Shown: positions 13,900 to 27,219 of the stretch, piece by piece | Numbering within the stretch: the first letter of the stretch is position 1 | Layout: each line of letters starts with the position of its first letter | Source of the DNA: Octopus vulgaris | Taxonomy: Eukaryota | Direction: 5' to 3' | DNA length: 64,000 nt | NCBI GenBank assembly: GCA_951406725.2 | Contig: OX597815.1 | Location: forward strand, 171,306,001-171,370,000 | The notes under the pieces: generated by a model | What the model was told of the DNA's origin: nothing | Seen by the model: only the letters and a program-made list of their open reading frames with translations | The model's database searches: none | Program-made: the position numbers and the translations under genes

Positions 13900-14272
13900 T
13901 CTTTCTTTTATTCTTTTACTTGCAGTCAGTTGACAGCGGCCCTTGCTGGCGTACAGCGCTGAAAGGTTTTAGTCGAGCAAATCGACCCCAGGACTTTGAT
14001 TTTTTAAGTCTAAGATAGGGGAACGTAAATGCACTAACGCCTGTTGCCAAGCGGTGATACATGCATACATACTCACACACACACACATATATATATATCT
14101 ATATATATATATGTATATATGTACAACAGGCTTCTTTCAGTTTCCGTCTATCACATCCACTTTGTCTACCAAATATCCGAGGCTATAGTAAAAACACTTG
14201 CCCATGTGGGACTGAACCAAGAAACATGCGTTTGGGAAGCAAGCTTCTTACCACAAAGTCACACCTGCATGC
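13900..14272 (-). mobile_element. SINE family B (degenerate)
   Basis: Homology to family B. Confidence 0.7.
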
Positions 14273-14346
14273 CTATGTATAGGAAATGAAACACGTGTAA
14301 TGGTGGCTAAATAATACCAAAATATTTCCAGTTGTCAGTTTTATAT

Positions 14347-14499
14347 ATAGGAGTGGCTGTGTGGTAAGTAGCTTGCTTACGAACCACATAGTTCCGGGTT
14401 CAGTCCCACTGCGTGGTACCTTGGGCAAGTGTCTTCTACTAAATGCGCCGACCAAAGCCTTGTGAGTGGATTTGGTAGACGGAAACTGAAAGAAGCCCG

Positions 14500-14538
<39 letters not shown>

Positions 14539-14757
14539 TATATATATATGTATGTGCAGGTATATGTTTGTGTGTCTGTGTTTGCCCACTCCCCCAACAT
14601 CGCTTGACAATCAATGCTGGTGTGTTTACGTCTCCGTAAATTGGCGGTCCGGCAAAAGAGACCGATAGAATAAGTACTGGGGTTACAAAGAATAAGTCCC
14701 GGGGTCTATTTGATCGACTAAAAGTGGTGCTGAAACAAGTAAAAGAGTAAAAGAGTA
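14347..14757 (+). mobile_element. tRNA-derived SINE family B with an internal (TA)n/(CA)n microsatellite
   Basis: GGAGTGGCTGTGTGGTAAG A-box, GGTTCAGTCCC B-box, CCTTGGGCAAGT, GTAAAAGA tail. Confidence 0.85.
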
Positions 14758-14892
14758 TATATATATTATATGTAGAAAAATACAAACTGGGACAAGAACG
14801 TAAAACATTTAGAAGACGATACAAAAAACACGGACGGGACATTCGAAGCCTTCAATCTTCAGTCAAGAACCGGATCATCCTCGCAATTTCGG

Positions 14893-14932
<40 letters not shown>

Positions 14933-14934
<2 letters not shown>

Positions 14935-15205
14935 GGCTTGGATCAACTTCCAACTGTTCTTTCACTTGACGACACGCAATCAGTCGTGACTGCCTTTGAT
15001 CTTCCGAGAGCAAGCGAGGCACAAATTTTGTTGCAACTCTTTACATCCGGTATTCCTCGCTCAAAATTCTTTAGCAGGAGCTTCAAGACACACTAGCTAC
15101 ATCAACAACTTCGTTAATTGTTCGTCGCGAGGTCGCCGGTTGCCCTGAACGAGGTTGGTCATTAAGCGGCTAGAGACCATTCATAAAACGTGAAAACTAC
15201 TCGTA
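14933..15205 (-). mobile_element. Mariner transposase fragment
   Basis: Minus strand encodes RVATKFVPRLLSEDQRQSR (WVPR linker motif). Confidence 0.65.
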
Positions 15206-15245
15206 AACATATATGTATGTGTGTGTGCGTGTTTCTATGTATCTC

Positions 15246-15311
<66 letters not shown>

Positions 15312-15314
<3 letters not shown>

Positions 15315-15699
15315 TCTTTTACTCTTTTACTTGTTTCAGTCATTTTGACTGCGGCCATGCTGAAGCACCGCCTTTACTCGAGCAAATCGACCCCGGGACT
15401 TATTCTTTGTAAACCCAGTACTTATTCTATCGGTCTCTTTTGCCAAACCGCTAAGTGACGGGGACGTAAACACACCAGCATCGGTTGTCAAGCAATGCTA
15501 GAGGGACAAACACAGACACACACACACATATATATATACATATATACGACAGGCTTCTTTCAGTTTCCGTCTAGCAAATCCACTCACAAGGCTTTGGTCG
15601 GCCCGAGGCTATAGCAGAAGACAGTTGCCGAAGATGCCACGCAGTGGGACTGAACCCGGAACCATGTGGTTGGTTAGCAAGCTACTTACCGCACAGCCA
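15312..15699 (-). mobile_element. SINE family B
   Basis: Homology to 34600-35022 and 48775-49182. Confidence 0.85.
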
Positions 15700-17333
15700 A
15701 TATTTTCCTCATTTGCAAGGCGTCCAGATTTTGGGTGATCTTCAAGATTCTACCTCCTCCTTCCAAATTCAGCTACCCGGGGCTAATTACTTTTTCTGAA
15801 GGTACTTGAGAACATCGCGATGCCACCCTATGTTCATTTTCAAGAGAGACGCTACTAGTTGCTTTTGAACTCTTCTTTGAACAGTCAGATGTCAGTTTAC
15901 CGGGGGGATAAACAAGGAGATTAGCGATTATTAATAAGAAGAATTGAAATAAAGGCATGCAATTATTCACAGCTCTAGTATCAACCTTCATAGTCAGCCT
16001 ATGAGCTATTCAACCCACATTATAAATATACCTTCATTCACATCCATATATATCAAAATATGGAAATTATAATACTCATAAGATATTTACATATTAAAGT
16101 CTAACTGTACATAGATAACTGCATATGTCGATATTTACATAGATGCTTATGTTCACATATGCTAATACGCTGGTATACATAAATGAGCAAATTAAATCAT
16201 ATATATGCATCTATACGAAATACCATGTAATGTATGGTATGCTTTTAAAATATCAGTAATATCGTCACCTGCATAATATTTAGTATTTACTGTACGGTAG
16301 AAAAGTAGAACTTACTGGAGAGTAGCTTTCACAAATCTTATTTTCGTATCTTCCAAAAATATATCCTGCTGCAGTGAAAATATACTGATGTCATATAGAC
16401 CCATTGAATAAAGTGATAAGAAGATGGATCTGCCAATTATTTCAGTATACTGTGACAGTTTCATTAATACTAGTAATGGATAAAAAAATTTTCTTAGATA
16501 TTGAAACATAAGATTGTTCAAACTTTATAGAAATCCATGAAAAACCTAATTTCTTGAGAAATTTTATTGTTTCTAATCATCTGATTCTCGAGATGGTAGC
16601 AATATAAACAGTAATGAATGTGTAGACTTTGGACACAGAATCTTTGAAAACTATATTCCTTGTTATAGTTATCACCTCTTCATTATTCTTTGTCATCTCT
16701 TGTTACACTTATCACATCTTCTGCCATAAGAGTTTTCAATTATTTTCATTTTTACTTCAAGTAGTAAATATTCTTAGCTATGGTATTAAGAAGATATCTA
16801 TCATATTATATGGTTTCAGTGTGACTACATTTCTAAAGCGTCAACAAATCTTAATACACTGCGCTATATATCCTTATTTGCATATCAGTGTAAAGTGCAT
16901 ATGACTGGACCCAGTCTCAGCAAATCCAATCACCTCCCCACTGAACTGTAGATTTTACAAAAAAAGTATATCCTTAAAAAAAAAAGTATGTCCCTAAAAA
17001 TATTTATTTATCAATCTTACAAATAATATAAATAGTGTTTATTACAAAAAAGGACTTTCGATTTCGTTGTATAATTAAACCACTATGTACGTTGATAATA
17101 TAATAGAACAGTTGATAATATAAAACGTAGACATCAAGTCAATAACTTAATATTAAAAATGGATAATCCGTTTTTGAAATTAAACGCATGCATTTAATTT
17201 TTAGTAAAGTAAATGGAAGATTTTTAAAAGTCGTGTTTTCCTTTTCTATAATCAAATATATCGATTGATTTTTATTAATAAATATGATACTAATCACTTG
17301 CCACTTAAATCACTTTCATTTTCTATATTTCAG

Positions 17334-18474
17334 GATATTTGAATCAATAGCTGAGTTTGCCTCATTTTCGAAACTTGCGGGCAACTACGACGATGACCTC
17401 ATCGACCGAATCAATCACATTTACACAGTTTGTGTTCTCGTTATATTTTCGATTGTGGTCACAGGCGGTACATATATAGGAAATGCTATTACTTGTTATA
17501 TACCTAAAGAAGGAAAAGATGAAAGAGATTATATTGAAACATTCTGTTGGACGGGCCCACTGTATCATGTTCCAGATAACATCGCAAACTTATCCGAAAA
17601 AAGAGACGTCATACATTACTACCTATGGGTTCCGATAATTTTGCTATTTGAAGCTTTGTTATTCAAGACGCCAAATATAATTTGGCAAATGACGAACAAA
17701 GGATCGGGTATGAATCTAGAAAAAATTGCGCAACTCTCAGAGAAGACACAGCTTGGCTCGGAGAAGGATCGACAAGAAACAATCGAACATATCGGCGATT
17801 ATATTAATCGATGGATTGAATCGAATAAACGGAGGAGCCGCAATTTACTTTCTCTAATGAAGCCTAAACGGGGATCATATCTCACAATCTTGTATTTCAT
17901 TATGAAGTTATTATATTGCTTAAATGCAATATCTCAGTTCTACTTGCTAAATAGTCTTTTAAGAATTGAGTTTTCTAGTTTTGGATTGCATGTAGCAGAA
18001 TATGTACAGAATACTGAAGTTATGTTTAATAATTCGATATTCCCACGGATCGCATATTGTGATTATAAATTCCGACAGATGAGTCAAGTAGTAACGCTAA
18101 AAACGCAATGTGTCTTGCCTATAAATGTTCTGAACGAAAAGGTATTTATGTTTTTATGGTTCTTTTTTGCTGTAATCAGCGGGCTCAGTCTGCTTAATTT
18201 ATTAGGATGGATATATAGGATGCTCTCTAAAAGGAGTTATGTCAACTATATTTTTAAGTATCTAACTATCAATGAAATAGGCGGGGATAAACCTTCCAAA
18301 CATTCGTGTTTATCATTCGCAGATGACTATCTCAAACTTGACGGTGTATTGTTAATGAGAGTTGTTGGCAAAAACTCAACTGATTTGGTTGTTTCAGATC
18401 TTGTAAAATATCTTTGGACAATTTACATGAAAGAAAATCCACCGAAAAAGAAAAGAGAAAGCACTTTTCCTTGA
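17334..18474 (+). CDS. inx: Innexin (gap junction/hemichannel protein), paralog A; main coding exon (ORF track 17284-18474, whose first ~16 codons are probably intronic)
   Basis: Innexin motifs: DDDxxDRINHxYT before TM1, EL1 cysteine pair (ITC...FCW), HYYLWVP (YYQW variant), P in TM2, FPRxxYC...QCVLPINxLNEKxFxFLWF, DYLxxDGV, KNS. Branch point TACTAAT (~17288) and polypyrimidine-CAG acceptor end at 17333. Stop TGA at 18472-18474. Confidence 0.95.
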
Positions 18475-19064
18475 ACATTACAGAGTTACTTTCAAAATGG
18501 AAATTTAAATTTTATAAATAACTTTATTAAAACATTCATCGCTGTATATTTCCTGTATCATTGATTGTATAAATAAGTTTATACAAAATTATATACATAC
18601 AAAAAAAACTTTCATAATTAAAATTGTAAATTTATATTTTTGTTTTCTTTTATAATTTCTATTTATTGTCATTTAGCTTTATATTTAGGTTGTTTTCAGG
18701 TCATGTGACATGAATTAATTATATATTTAAGTTCAAATTTTAGTTCAACGAGAATGGCAATTGGGTACACACACTTGAACAATAATTTCAAGGTCCTGCA
18801 AATAATTTGTGCTCAGTAAGATTTTTTTAACACGTTCTCGATGAAAATAGATATTAACCAATATAATGGTTAATATAATATTGACACATATATATGTAAA
18901 TTGAAATAATTTATGTTAATTAAGCTGTTAGAGATTGTTCTCTAAGTTTCCGATGCAAAAGACATAGAATATGTATGATTTTAATATACAGTTAATGGAG
19001 GCTACATCGAGGATACGAATAATGACATTTCTTCGCAAATTTCATGAAATTTTATATAGTAAAG

Positions 19065-21127
19065 CAGGGGTCACCAAACTTTTTTCATAGTGGGCCAGAT
19101 ATAGCTAAAAGCATGCCAAGCGCGGGCCGGATAAATATTTTGTTCAATTCAGTGCAATATAGAATACACTGAATATACACAAAAAATAAAGACAGTCATC
19201 CTATTTATTTATCAATACATAATACACAAAATAATACAAACAATAAATATATTTGAATAATACCAAAATATTACCAAGTTAGGATTTTTAGAAAAAGTGC
19301 GCACATAGCTGAATTGCATAAAAAGTAAGAAGCACAAAAGTAAGGAAATTTGTGAAACTGGCATTTTGCTTCCAAAATATAAACATTTGCTTTATGATTG
19401 CTGCAGCCAACTATAAGAATTGCTTTCAAATGTTCATCAGTGAGCCTTGTTTGATGTATTGACTTCACACACATCACTTTTGAAAAGGTTTGCTCACAAA
19501 CATAAGTTGTTCCAAACACTTATGCCATACCTGAAGCAAATTTGTTTCAATTTTGAAAACTCGTCAGCAGGCAAACAGCGCTAAAAATTCAATGAGTTTT
19601 CCTTCTCTGTGCTTCTCTTTCAACAAGGTATTAGCTTGCAAGTCAGTAAGCTGCAGTTGTAGTTCAGTTAGCATGTCATCAAGATAACAGCCAAAGGGAT
19701 TTTCGGAAGTGACGTCAACTAAAAATGATAACTTTGATAACCATGAAGGATCTGACAGCTGTGAATCAGCTCTATTCATTTCGGTGAGACAATGATCTAT
19801 TTCTCTTCGGAGCTTATAAAAACAGGACAGGACTTTACTGCAACTGAGTCATCTCACTTGTGTAGTAAGGCAAGTCACAGAAATTAGAATCCATTTCTTC
19901 AAGGAAAGCCTGGAATTGTCGGTGATTAAGCCCATGATTCCGAATAAAGTTCACCAGAGTTGTAACCGGTTTTAGTACGCAAGAAATATCGAAGTGTTTT
20001 CCACAAAGTGCTTGCTGATGTATAATGCAGTGTATAAACAAAGCTTTCGGAAGTTAAAGCTCCTCCAACTTGGTCTGGATCCGCCCTACCAAGCCCTTCC
20101 TCACACCTGCCATGTTTTTACCTCCATCGACTGTGACATATCGAAGCTAATTCCACTGAAAGTTATAGTTTTGCAAAGTTTTCTGCACCTCTATGAAAAT
20201 ATCTTCTCCAGTTGTTGTTCCATGTATACTGCAAATGGATGCCATTTCTTCTATAATCTCGAAGCTGCAATTAACACCACGAATGAACACATGACGTTGT
20301 GACGTACTAGAGAGATCAGTAGACTCATCCATACTACAAAAATTTCTTAGCTTTCTCATGTATCTATAACTGTATATTCTCTCCAAGTTCTTCTATTGTC
20401 CGCAAAACTTATCTTGATGAAAGGCTGATAAAGACAAACATGTTAGCTTTTTCAGGACACAAGTCATTTGCTGCTTCCATCATGCACTCTTTTATAAAGT
20501 TTCCGTCAGTAAATGGTTTTCCTCACTATTTTACAACTTATACGAGTGATAGATTTATTTTCAGCAAACATTTTCGTAAAGAAATTCCTTTCAGATTCCA
20601 AACTACGATTCATAGCTTCAAATTTCTCTGACCGAAATTTTCCAGAATATTTAGAATGTGTTGAGAGATGTTTTGCTTCATAGTGATGACAAATATTGTA
20701 CTCTTTCATAACAGCAACACTTTCGTTGCATATCAGGCAACTAGCTTTCTGGTCGTTTGTTTTCCTAAAGGAGTACTTTTTCTCCCCATTCTTTATTGAA
20801 AATGCGACATTCATCATCAACCTTTGTCTTCTTAGTAGCCATAACGATGGATGAGGAAAAAACAAAAGCATTCTTGGGCCTCTGGTCAAATACTCTCGTT
20901 TTAATTGCAATCACCATTAACTGACTAACCCGAGGCACAAGTGATGTATTGTAGTAATTATTATGGCGCGTGATGTGACCGACTCAGTATAAATACGACA
21001 TGCATAATCTAAGAAGTGTGAGAAGCAGTATAAAAGCATGTTTCTTTTTTCAGCATACGTCAGCGGGCTGGACAAATAGACGTCGCGGGCCGGATCCGGC
21101 CCGAGGGCCGTAGTTTGGTGACCCATG
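19065..21127 (-). mobile_element. hAT DNA transposon (Charlie/OposCharlie/GTF2IRD2-like) with a disrupted transposase
   Basis: 16-bp TIRs CAGGGGTCACCAAACT / CATGGGTCACCAAACT; 8-bp TSD TAGTAAAG/TAGTAAGG; BED finger CLICNE...HYEAKH; [14 protein letters not shown] and FGTTYVCEQTFS motifs. Confidence 0.92.
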
Positions 21128-21289
21128 TAGTAAGGGAATACTTTTCATAATTTCGTGATTTTTTATATAGTAAATGGATACTTTCTGTCTTTTGCTTTTA
21201 GTTCATTTAAAACTAGTTTTAAATAATTAATGGAACTCATATAGAGGAATTACGGCTAGACAGGCACCTCAGTCAGCAGATCTCACTAT

Positions 21290-21336
21290 CCTGGGCTGAT
21301 GACGGGTTAAGACCCAGAAACATGCATGTCCTCAGG
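21290..21336 (+). ncRNA. Type I hammerhead ribozyme (canonical core)
   Basis: Stem I CCTGGG/CTCAGG, core CTGATGA (21296-21302), stem II GGGT-taag-ACCC, GAAA (21317-21320), palindromic stem III CATGCATG, GUC cleavage triplet (cut after 21330). Stem I extends further (TCAC/GTGA, AGAT/ATCT, CAGGCAC/GTGCTTG). Confidence 0.85.
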
Positions 21337-22969
21337 TGTGAATCTTGGCTGGTGGGTGTGCTTGCCTCCCCTTCACAAATATAAGGACACAGGAAATGTG
21401 TCAAAGCCGACAGGAAGCGTTCGATGCTTCCTAGGGCTAAACAGCGGTGGTGTAATTCCCATACGGGACTGTCACGTTAAGTTGACAGTATACAACTACT
21501 TATCGGATAAATTTCGTGGTGATATTTACCATTTAAGAAAATGAAAGTGATATGTAAGCTTTTATGGGCTGTATTGCAGGGTTTTAATAATTGTTATACA
21601 TGTTTGATAAACCACGTGAACTAAAAAGATAGGAGATTGCTTTAATTTTACCTACTTTGATCATTGCTGAATGAAAATATATTCATAGTAGTATTTACTA
21701 TGAAAAGCTAGAAGTATTTAGTAAGAAAAGCGATAGGAACGATATGCAAATGCGCAAAAATTTGAAAAAAACTTTGACTTTTCACTGAGGACATGATCTG
21801 TACACAAGTTGGCCTTTAAACGCATAATTTTGCAAACATGATTGGTCAATTCTTTTATCGAGTCACCGTAACCTTGTAAAGATATTGCTTATTGCATATA
21901 AGAGTGACATCCACGAAAATAATAAGAATTCTTTGAATTTTAGGTCACTTTTCTCATATACATACACGAAATATAAATATTAATAAAAATAATATTGCTA
22001 TCCAGCAAGAATAAAGCACCATAAAATGTAGATACACATAAGCGGATGCACACAAAATACGATCAATGCTAGAATTAGCAGCCGGTGAGCTATCGGCGCT
22101 ATGTAGAGCTTCACTGAACGTTTACAGGTAGAGATGTTTGTGGGCGGTGAATGCAGGAAAATTCTGTCTTACCTCTGTGGAGAACGTTAATGGAATGAAG
22201 GATAATTCAATACTTCTGTTTAAAACTTTTCGGATCATGTGCGTATGCGCGAATCCGATTAGTTTTCCTCAGTTATATCTACAGAACCCTTTCCCGCTTT
22301 AATTATTTATTTTTTTTACGGAATCCCACGTTTTAGGCTATGGATATTCAGATTCTGAAAAAATGTTTCAAAAATCGCAACTTCAAAATTTCAATCCCGG
22401 ATCACCAAATTTGTTCATTTTTCACTTTTTCCGGAAATTTTATTTATTTTATTTATTTATTTATTTATTTATTTTTGAGAAATACGTACAAAAATACGGA
22501 GATCATTATTCTGAATAAAAAAATGTTTGTAAAATTTCAATTTTTCAAAAGAAAATTGCCCAACCTCCTCCCCTCCCGATTCTACGGCCTTGCCCTTCAA
22601 GCAGACTATTCACATGCTAGAAATAACAGCCAAATCTCACAAAATTGCGACGACATAATGAAAGAAATATGTAATCAATCTACTCACTTTTCTCCAAAGA
22701 TTTCTTTCAGAGTAATTTCCCGCAGTAATATGACAAAGTGAAATTAAAGTGTTCATTTGATGAAATATTGAAGCAGCTTGCTCCAGAGAAAACAATGGAT
22801 TTTTTGAAAGCAAACGGCATTATTGTCACAAGTAAACGTGTGTTTGCACACACGATATGAATGAACACTTTAGTCTCACTTTGATACAATATTTCTTTGC
22901 TAGTTTTACTTTTTTTAAAAAACAGTTTGCTGTTATTTCTGCACTGATATTTTTTGTATTAATATCACG

Positions 22970-23750
22970 CACCAAGTATGGATTCAGGACATCCGTACAC
23001 CGCAAGCCGACCTTCACTAAACGCTACCTAAACTTCAATTCCAACCATCCATGCACTGTAAAGAGAGGGATTGGTCAGTGCCTAAAACATCGTGCAAAGA
23101 ATATAAGTAGTGATCGTGATACACACCACGAAGAAATGATCAAGATCAATAACAATCTATTTAGCAACAACTACCACAAAAACATACTGTCCTCTCCAAT
23201 TATGAAGAAAAGAGAGGATGAAACCAATAAACTGTCCACAGTCTGTCTACCCTATGTGAAAGGTCTCTCAGAAAAGATACAAAAGATATGCAGCCCATAT
23301 GACAGTATTCAAGAGTAATACAACACTTCGCAAATATCTCCTTCGAGTAAAACCACCAATAGAAGAGAATATGACCAAAGATTGCGTGTACTCCATCCAA
23401 TGCAGCTGTAGTAGGTTATACAAGGGCAAAACATGCTGCCCCCTCAAAATAAGGGTCGGACGAACATCGCAGAGTTATGACACAGAGAGATATTAATAAA
23501 TCGGGTATAATTGATTATGTGTTGAAAAAGGGAGACCACCTCCCCCTGTGGGATGAAGTTAAAATAATAGACAGAGAACACCACTGGAAAATACGAAAAC
23601 TAAAAGAAGCAGCACATAGGCTAGGATACAATAACCTCCTAAGTAGACCGAGTGCAGATATGAGAAGCATATTGGAAATGGTATTAAGGAAGGATAGGAA
23701 ATTATTAGATTTATAAGCCCTAAAATTCACTCCATAATTGCCCACGGGCA
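22970..23750 (+). mobile_element. Penelope-like element remnant (RT C-terminus plus GIY-YIG endonuclease)
   Basis: TSVHRKPTFTKRYLNFNSNHP, LPYVKGLSEKI, VYSIQCSCSRLYKGKT (GIY-YIG), KIIDREHHWKIRKLKEA; frameshifted. Confidence 0.85.
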
Positions 23751-23776
23751 TATGGCATAATGGTTAAGAGCGCGGG

Positions 23777-24160
23777 AACAAGGCCCGAAATTTTGGGGGA
23801 GGAGGCCAGTCGATTAGATCGATCCCAGTGCGCAACTAGTACTTAATTTATCGACCCCTAAATGATGAAAGGGAAAGTCGACCTCGGCGGAATTTGAACT
23901 CAGAACATGAAGACAGACGAAATACCTATTTATTTACTACCCACAAGGGGCTAAGCACAGAGGGGACAAACAAGGACAGACAAACGGATTAAGTCGATTA
24001 TATCGACCCCAGTGCGTAACTGGTACTTATTTAATCGACCCCGAAAGGATGAAAGGCAAAGTCGACCTCGGCGGAATTTGAACTCAGAACGTAGCGGCAG
24101 ACGAAATACGGCTATGCATTTCGCCCGACGTGCTAGCGTTTCTGCCAGCTCGCCGCCTTA
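23777..24160 (-). mobile_element. SINE family A, two fused units
   Basis: Reverse complement of the family A consensus; the second unit has a different 3' end. Confidence 0.85.
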
Positions 24161-25238
24161 GGCATAAGTATAATGGCTTCACAGTTTCTTCCACTATTTC
24201 AACCGCTTTCACACAACTATGTAGCACTTAATGCGAAACATGTTTCCCACGGGTTATTTAATTACCTATAATTTACTTGATATTGATGAAAGCAAATTGA
24301 ACTACTAATTATTTAACAGTTGCACTAATTTATAATGCATGTACACAAGCCTAAAACTGAAAATTAAGATGAGAATATAACCAATGCACAGAGTAACTAG
24401 TATATAAGATAGAGTATGATGATTCAAATTAATGTTAGCAGTGACAAGTAGAAAAGGAAATACAGAAATGAAGAGTATAACTCTTACCCTTAAGTAGCAT
24501 CCTGTAAAACGCAGTCGTAAACGTTCTCGTGTTCTAAGAAACACTCCTTAAATTTGAAGTGCACACATATTTATCCCATGAAGGCTGTATTAAAGAGCAA
24601 GTCTCTAATTTGACAAATGTCTGAATAGGAAATTTTGTTAAGATCTAAAAAATTTGGGAAAAAATATAAACGTCAGGCGTTGTTGCACAGCATGTAAAGA
24701 TATACGACCTTGGTTTTTAGTATGCGTAATTGCCCCCTCTTAAGACATCAAAAGTAAATATATTTGTGTAAATTAGTTAGGAGAGAAAGCGCAGGGTCTA
24801 TGTTATTGAAAACATTCACAGGCTACAGTCATCGACAGCGTTTGTATTCTTATGGAGCATCAATTAATCGGTGACCTATATAAGGAAGTAAATTCTGGCG
24901 AATAGCAATTCTGAAGAGCACTCGGCAAAGTTTTGGTTGCGATGTCCGGCAGGTGATACAAAGTAAAGATGACAAGAGGCAGTGTTTGTTATAGGAAATA
25001 CATACTGCAAACAAAGCTGAACCTGTAAAGATCTGTTTGTGGGTAATAGAAGAGTCTCTCTGTTCGTTGAGTTTTGGCCATTAGAAAATATTTCACTCGT
25101 AACAACTCTGTGAATATAGTGTTTAGATTGATGAAGAAATATTGTATGCGAGGAGGATTACAGACACAATAAGAAGCAAATATAGAAACCTTTTCAGTCG
25201 GCGTATTCTAACAAAGCTATTCAAATTTCCGAGTTAAA

Positions 25239-25480
25239 CGAGGTGGTATCAAAAGTTCCCAGACTAGTTATGTTTTATAAAAAAAATAACATCTTTTCCT
25301 AAGTTCTAACATAATCTCCTTCGAAATAGTCACCTTGTGCAGCTATACACTGGTCTCAACTTCCTACCACTTTTGGAATCCGGCCTGGAAGTTATTTTCC
25401 GCAAACGAATTGAGGACCTTCTGCGTTTCGCTCTGAACCCGACAACGGTGTTAAAATGGTAAACTTTGATCTGCATTTTC
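25239..25480 (-). mobile_element. Mariner 3'-end remnant
   Basis: TIR-like CGAGGTGGTATCAAAAGTTCC and a C-terminal 'GDYFEG' remnant on the minus strand. Confidence 0.55.
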
Positions 25481-25484
25481 GGCA

Positions 25485-26960
25485 GGTATGCCGAAATTAT
25501 GTCTGTTGCTCAATGCTCTGTAAACATTGGAAAGATTGTAAGAAGTGACATGGATAGCTACAACGGTGACTAAGAAACCGTAGCCAACAGAAGGGACACC
25601 TCAGATATTTTGATTGCGATGCACATCAGAATTCATCCAACAACTACAGGACAAGATGATAGAAGATGAGTGCGACGGAATCCGAGCTTTGGGGAGAGAC
25701 ATGAATATGAGAGACGCTCCCATGGAGATGGCCCTGAATGCGGACCTACGCTATAACTCGTACAAGAGGCAAAAGCGACAAATTCTGACAGTCAAGGTCA
25801 AGAAGAGACGACTGACGAAGGCAAAGAAGTTCCTGAAAAAGCTAAGGTATCCTGTTGAACCGGAGAGGTTCAGGTTCTTCTCAGGCGAAAAGTTCTTCCA
25901 GGGCCAGTTGCACAACACCAAGAATAAAAGTTGGCTTGCCTACAATCCTTATAATGTTCCTGATATAATGGAAACCAATTTCCCACCAACTGTGGTGGTT
26001 TTAAGGCGGCGAGCTGGCAGAAACGTTAGCACGCCGGGCGAAATGCTTAGCAGTATTTTGTCTGCCGTTACGTTCTGAGTTCAAATTCCGCCGAGGTCGA
26101 CTTTGCCTTTCATCCTTTCGGGGTCGATTAAATAAGTACCAATTACGCACTGGGGTCGATATAATCGACTTAATCCGTTTGTCTGTCCTTGTTTGTCCTC
26201 TCTGTGTTTAGCCCCTTGTGGGTAGTAAAGAAATAGGTATTTCGTCTGCCGTTACGTTCTGAGTTCAAATTCCGCCGAGGTCGACTTTGCTTGTTATCCT
26301 TTCGGGGTCGATAAATTAAGTACCAGTTACGCACTGGGGTCGATGTAATCGATTTAATCCCCTTGTCTGTCCTTGTTTGTCCCCTCTATATTTAGCCCCT
26401 TGTGGGCAATAAAGAAAAAAGAACCGTGATTGTCTTTGTGTGTGTCTCCAGTCATGCTGCCACAAATCTTCGAACAGCAGCTTCAGCTCAATTCAGATGG
26501 CTATGTGAAGCTGCTGGAGACAGTGGTGAAAGAACTAGTTGTAGTGAGTTACTGCTAGAAGGTCATATGTGTGGCAATAGGATTAAGTTTCTTGCTATAC
26601 CTCCAGAAAGTGTCAAAGATGGTTTTCAGAGAATCTCTACGACTTCACTAGCCCCAGTTTCTTGGCTCCTAATTCCCTCGATTGTCTTCCAACGGATTAC
26701 TATGAAAAGGGCGTGGTTGAGAAAGACACCAAGACCAAGCTGGTGGCCCATATCAAGAAAGTGTTCGAAGTCCTTCCCAGAGATTCAGTAACGCATGCAT
26801 TAGGTTCTAGAGCCCTTCTGAGGCCGTGGGGGAAGCTGAGGGCTGCTACTATGAGTAAACTGTTATCTCCCAACCATAATCTACTTGAAAATTTTGATGT
26901 TTTAAAATACTTTTATTTTTTGCATGCGAAGTTTATTTTTTTATTTCCTTGTATGGAAAC
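25485..26960 (+). mobile_element. DD37D/maT-type Tc1-mariner remnant interrupted by a SINE
   Basis: FFSGEKFF...HNTKNKSWLA...METNFPPTVVV; PNSLDCLPTDY (SPDxNPxDY variant). Confidence 0.65.
26003..26421 (+). mobile_element. tRNA-derived SINE family A, dimeric
   Basis: AAGGCGGCGAGCTGGCAGAA head, GAGTTCAAATTCC B-box, GCCTTTCATCCTTTCGGGGTCGAT body; approximate TSD AAC(T/C)GTG..GT..TT. Confidence 0.85.
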
Positions 26961-27096
26961 TTTCAAATTTTCCTGAATACCTTATACGTGTGTGCGTGTG
27001 TGTGTGTGTGTGTGTGTGGACATGTGTGAGTGTGAGTGTGTGTGTGTGTGTGTGCGTGCGTATGTGTGTGTGTGTATGTGAGTGTGAGTGTATGTG

Positions 27097-27214
<118 letters not shown>

Positions 27215-27219
27215 CGTGT

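Noticed and set aside
17284-17333. N-terminal extension of the innexin A ORF (and 33572-33633 for B)
   Set aside because: The segments contain branch point, polypyrimidine tract and AG, and encode no innexin-like residues; they are most likely intron.
21540-21562. GATAT|GTAAGC donor-like site on the + strand
   Set aside because: There is no downstream + strand innexin exon in the window, and the motif is expected by chance.
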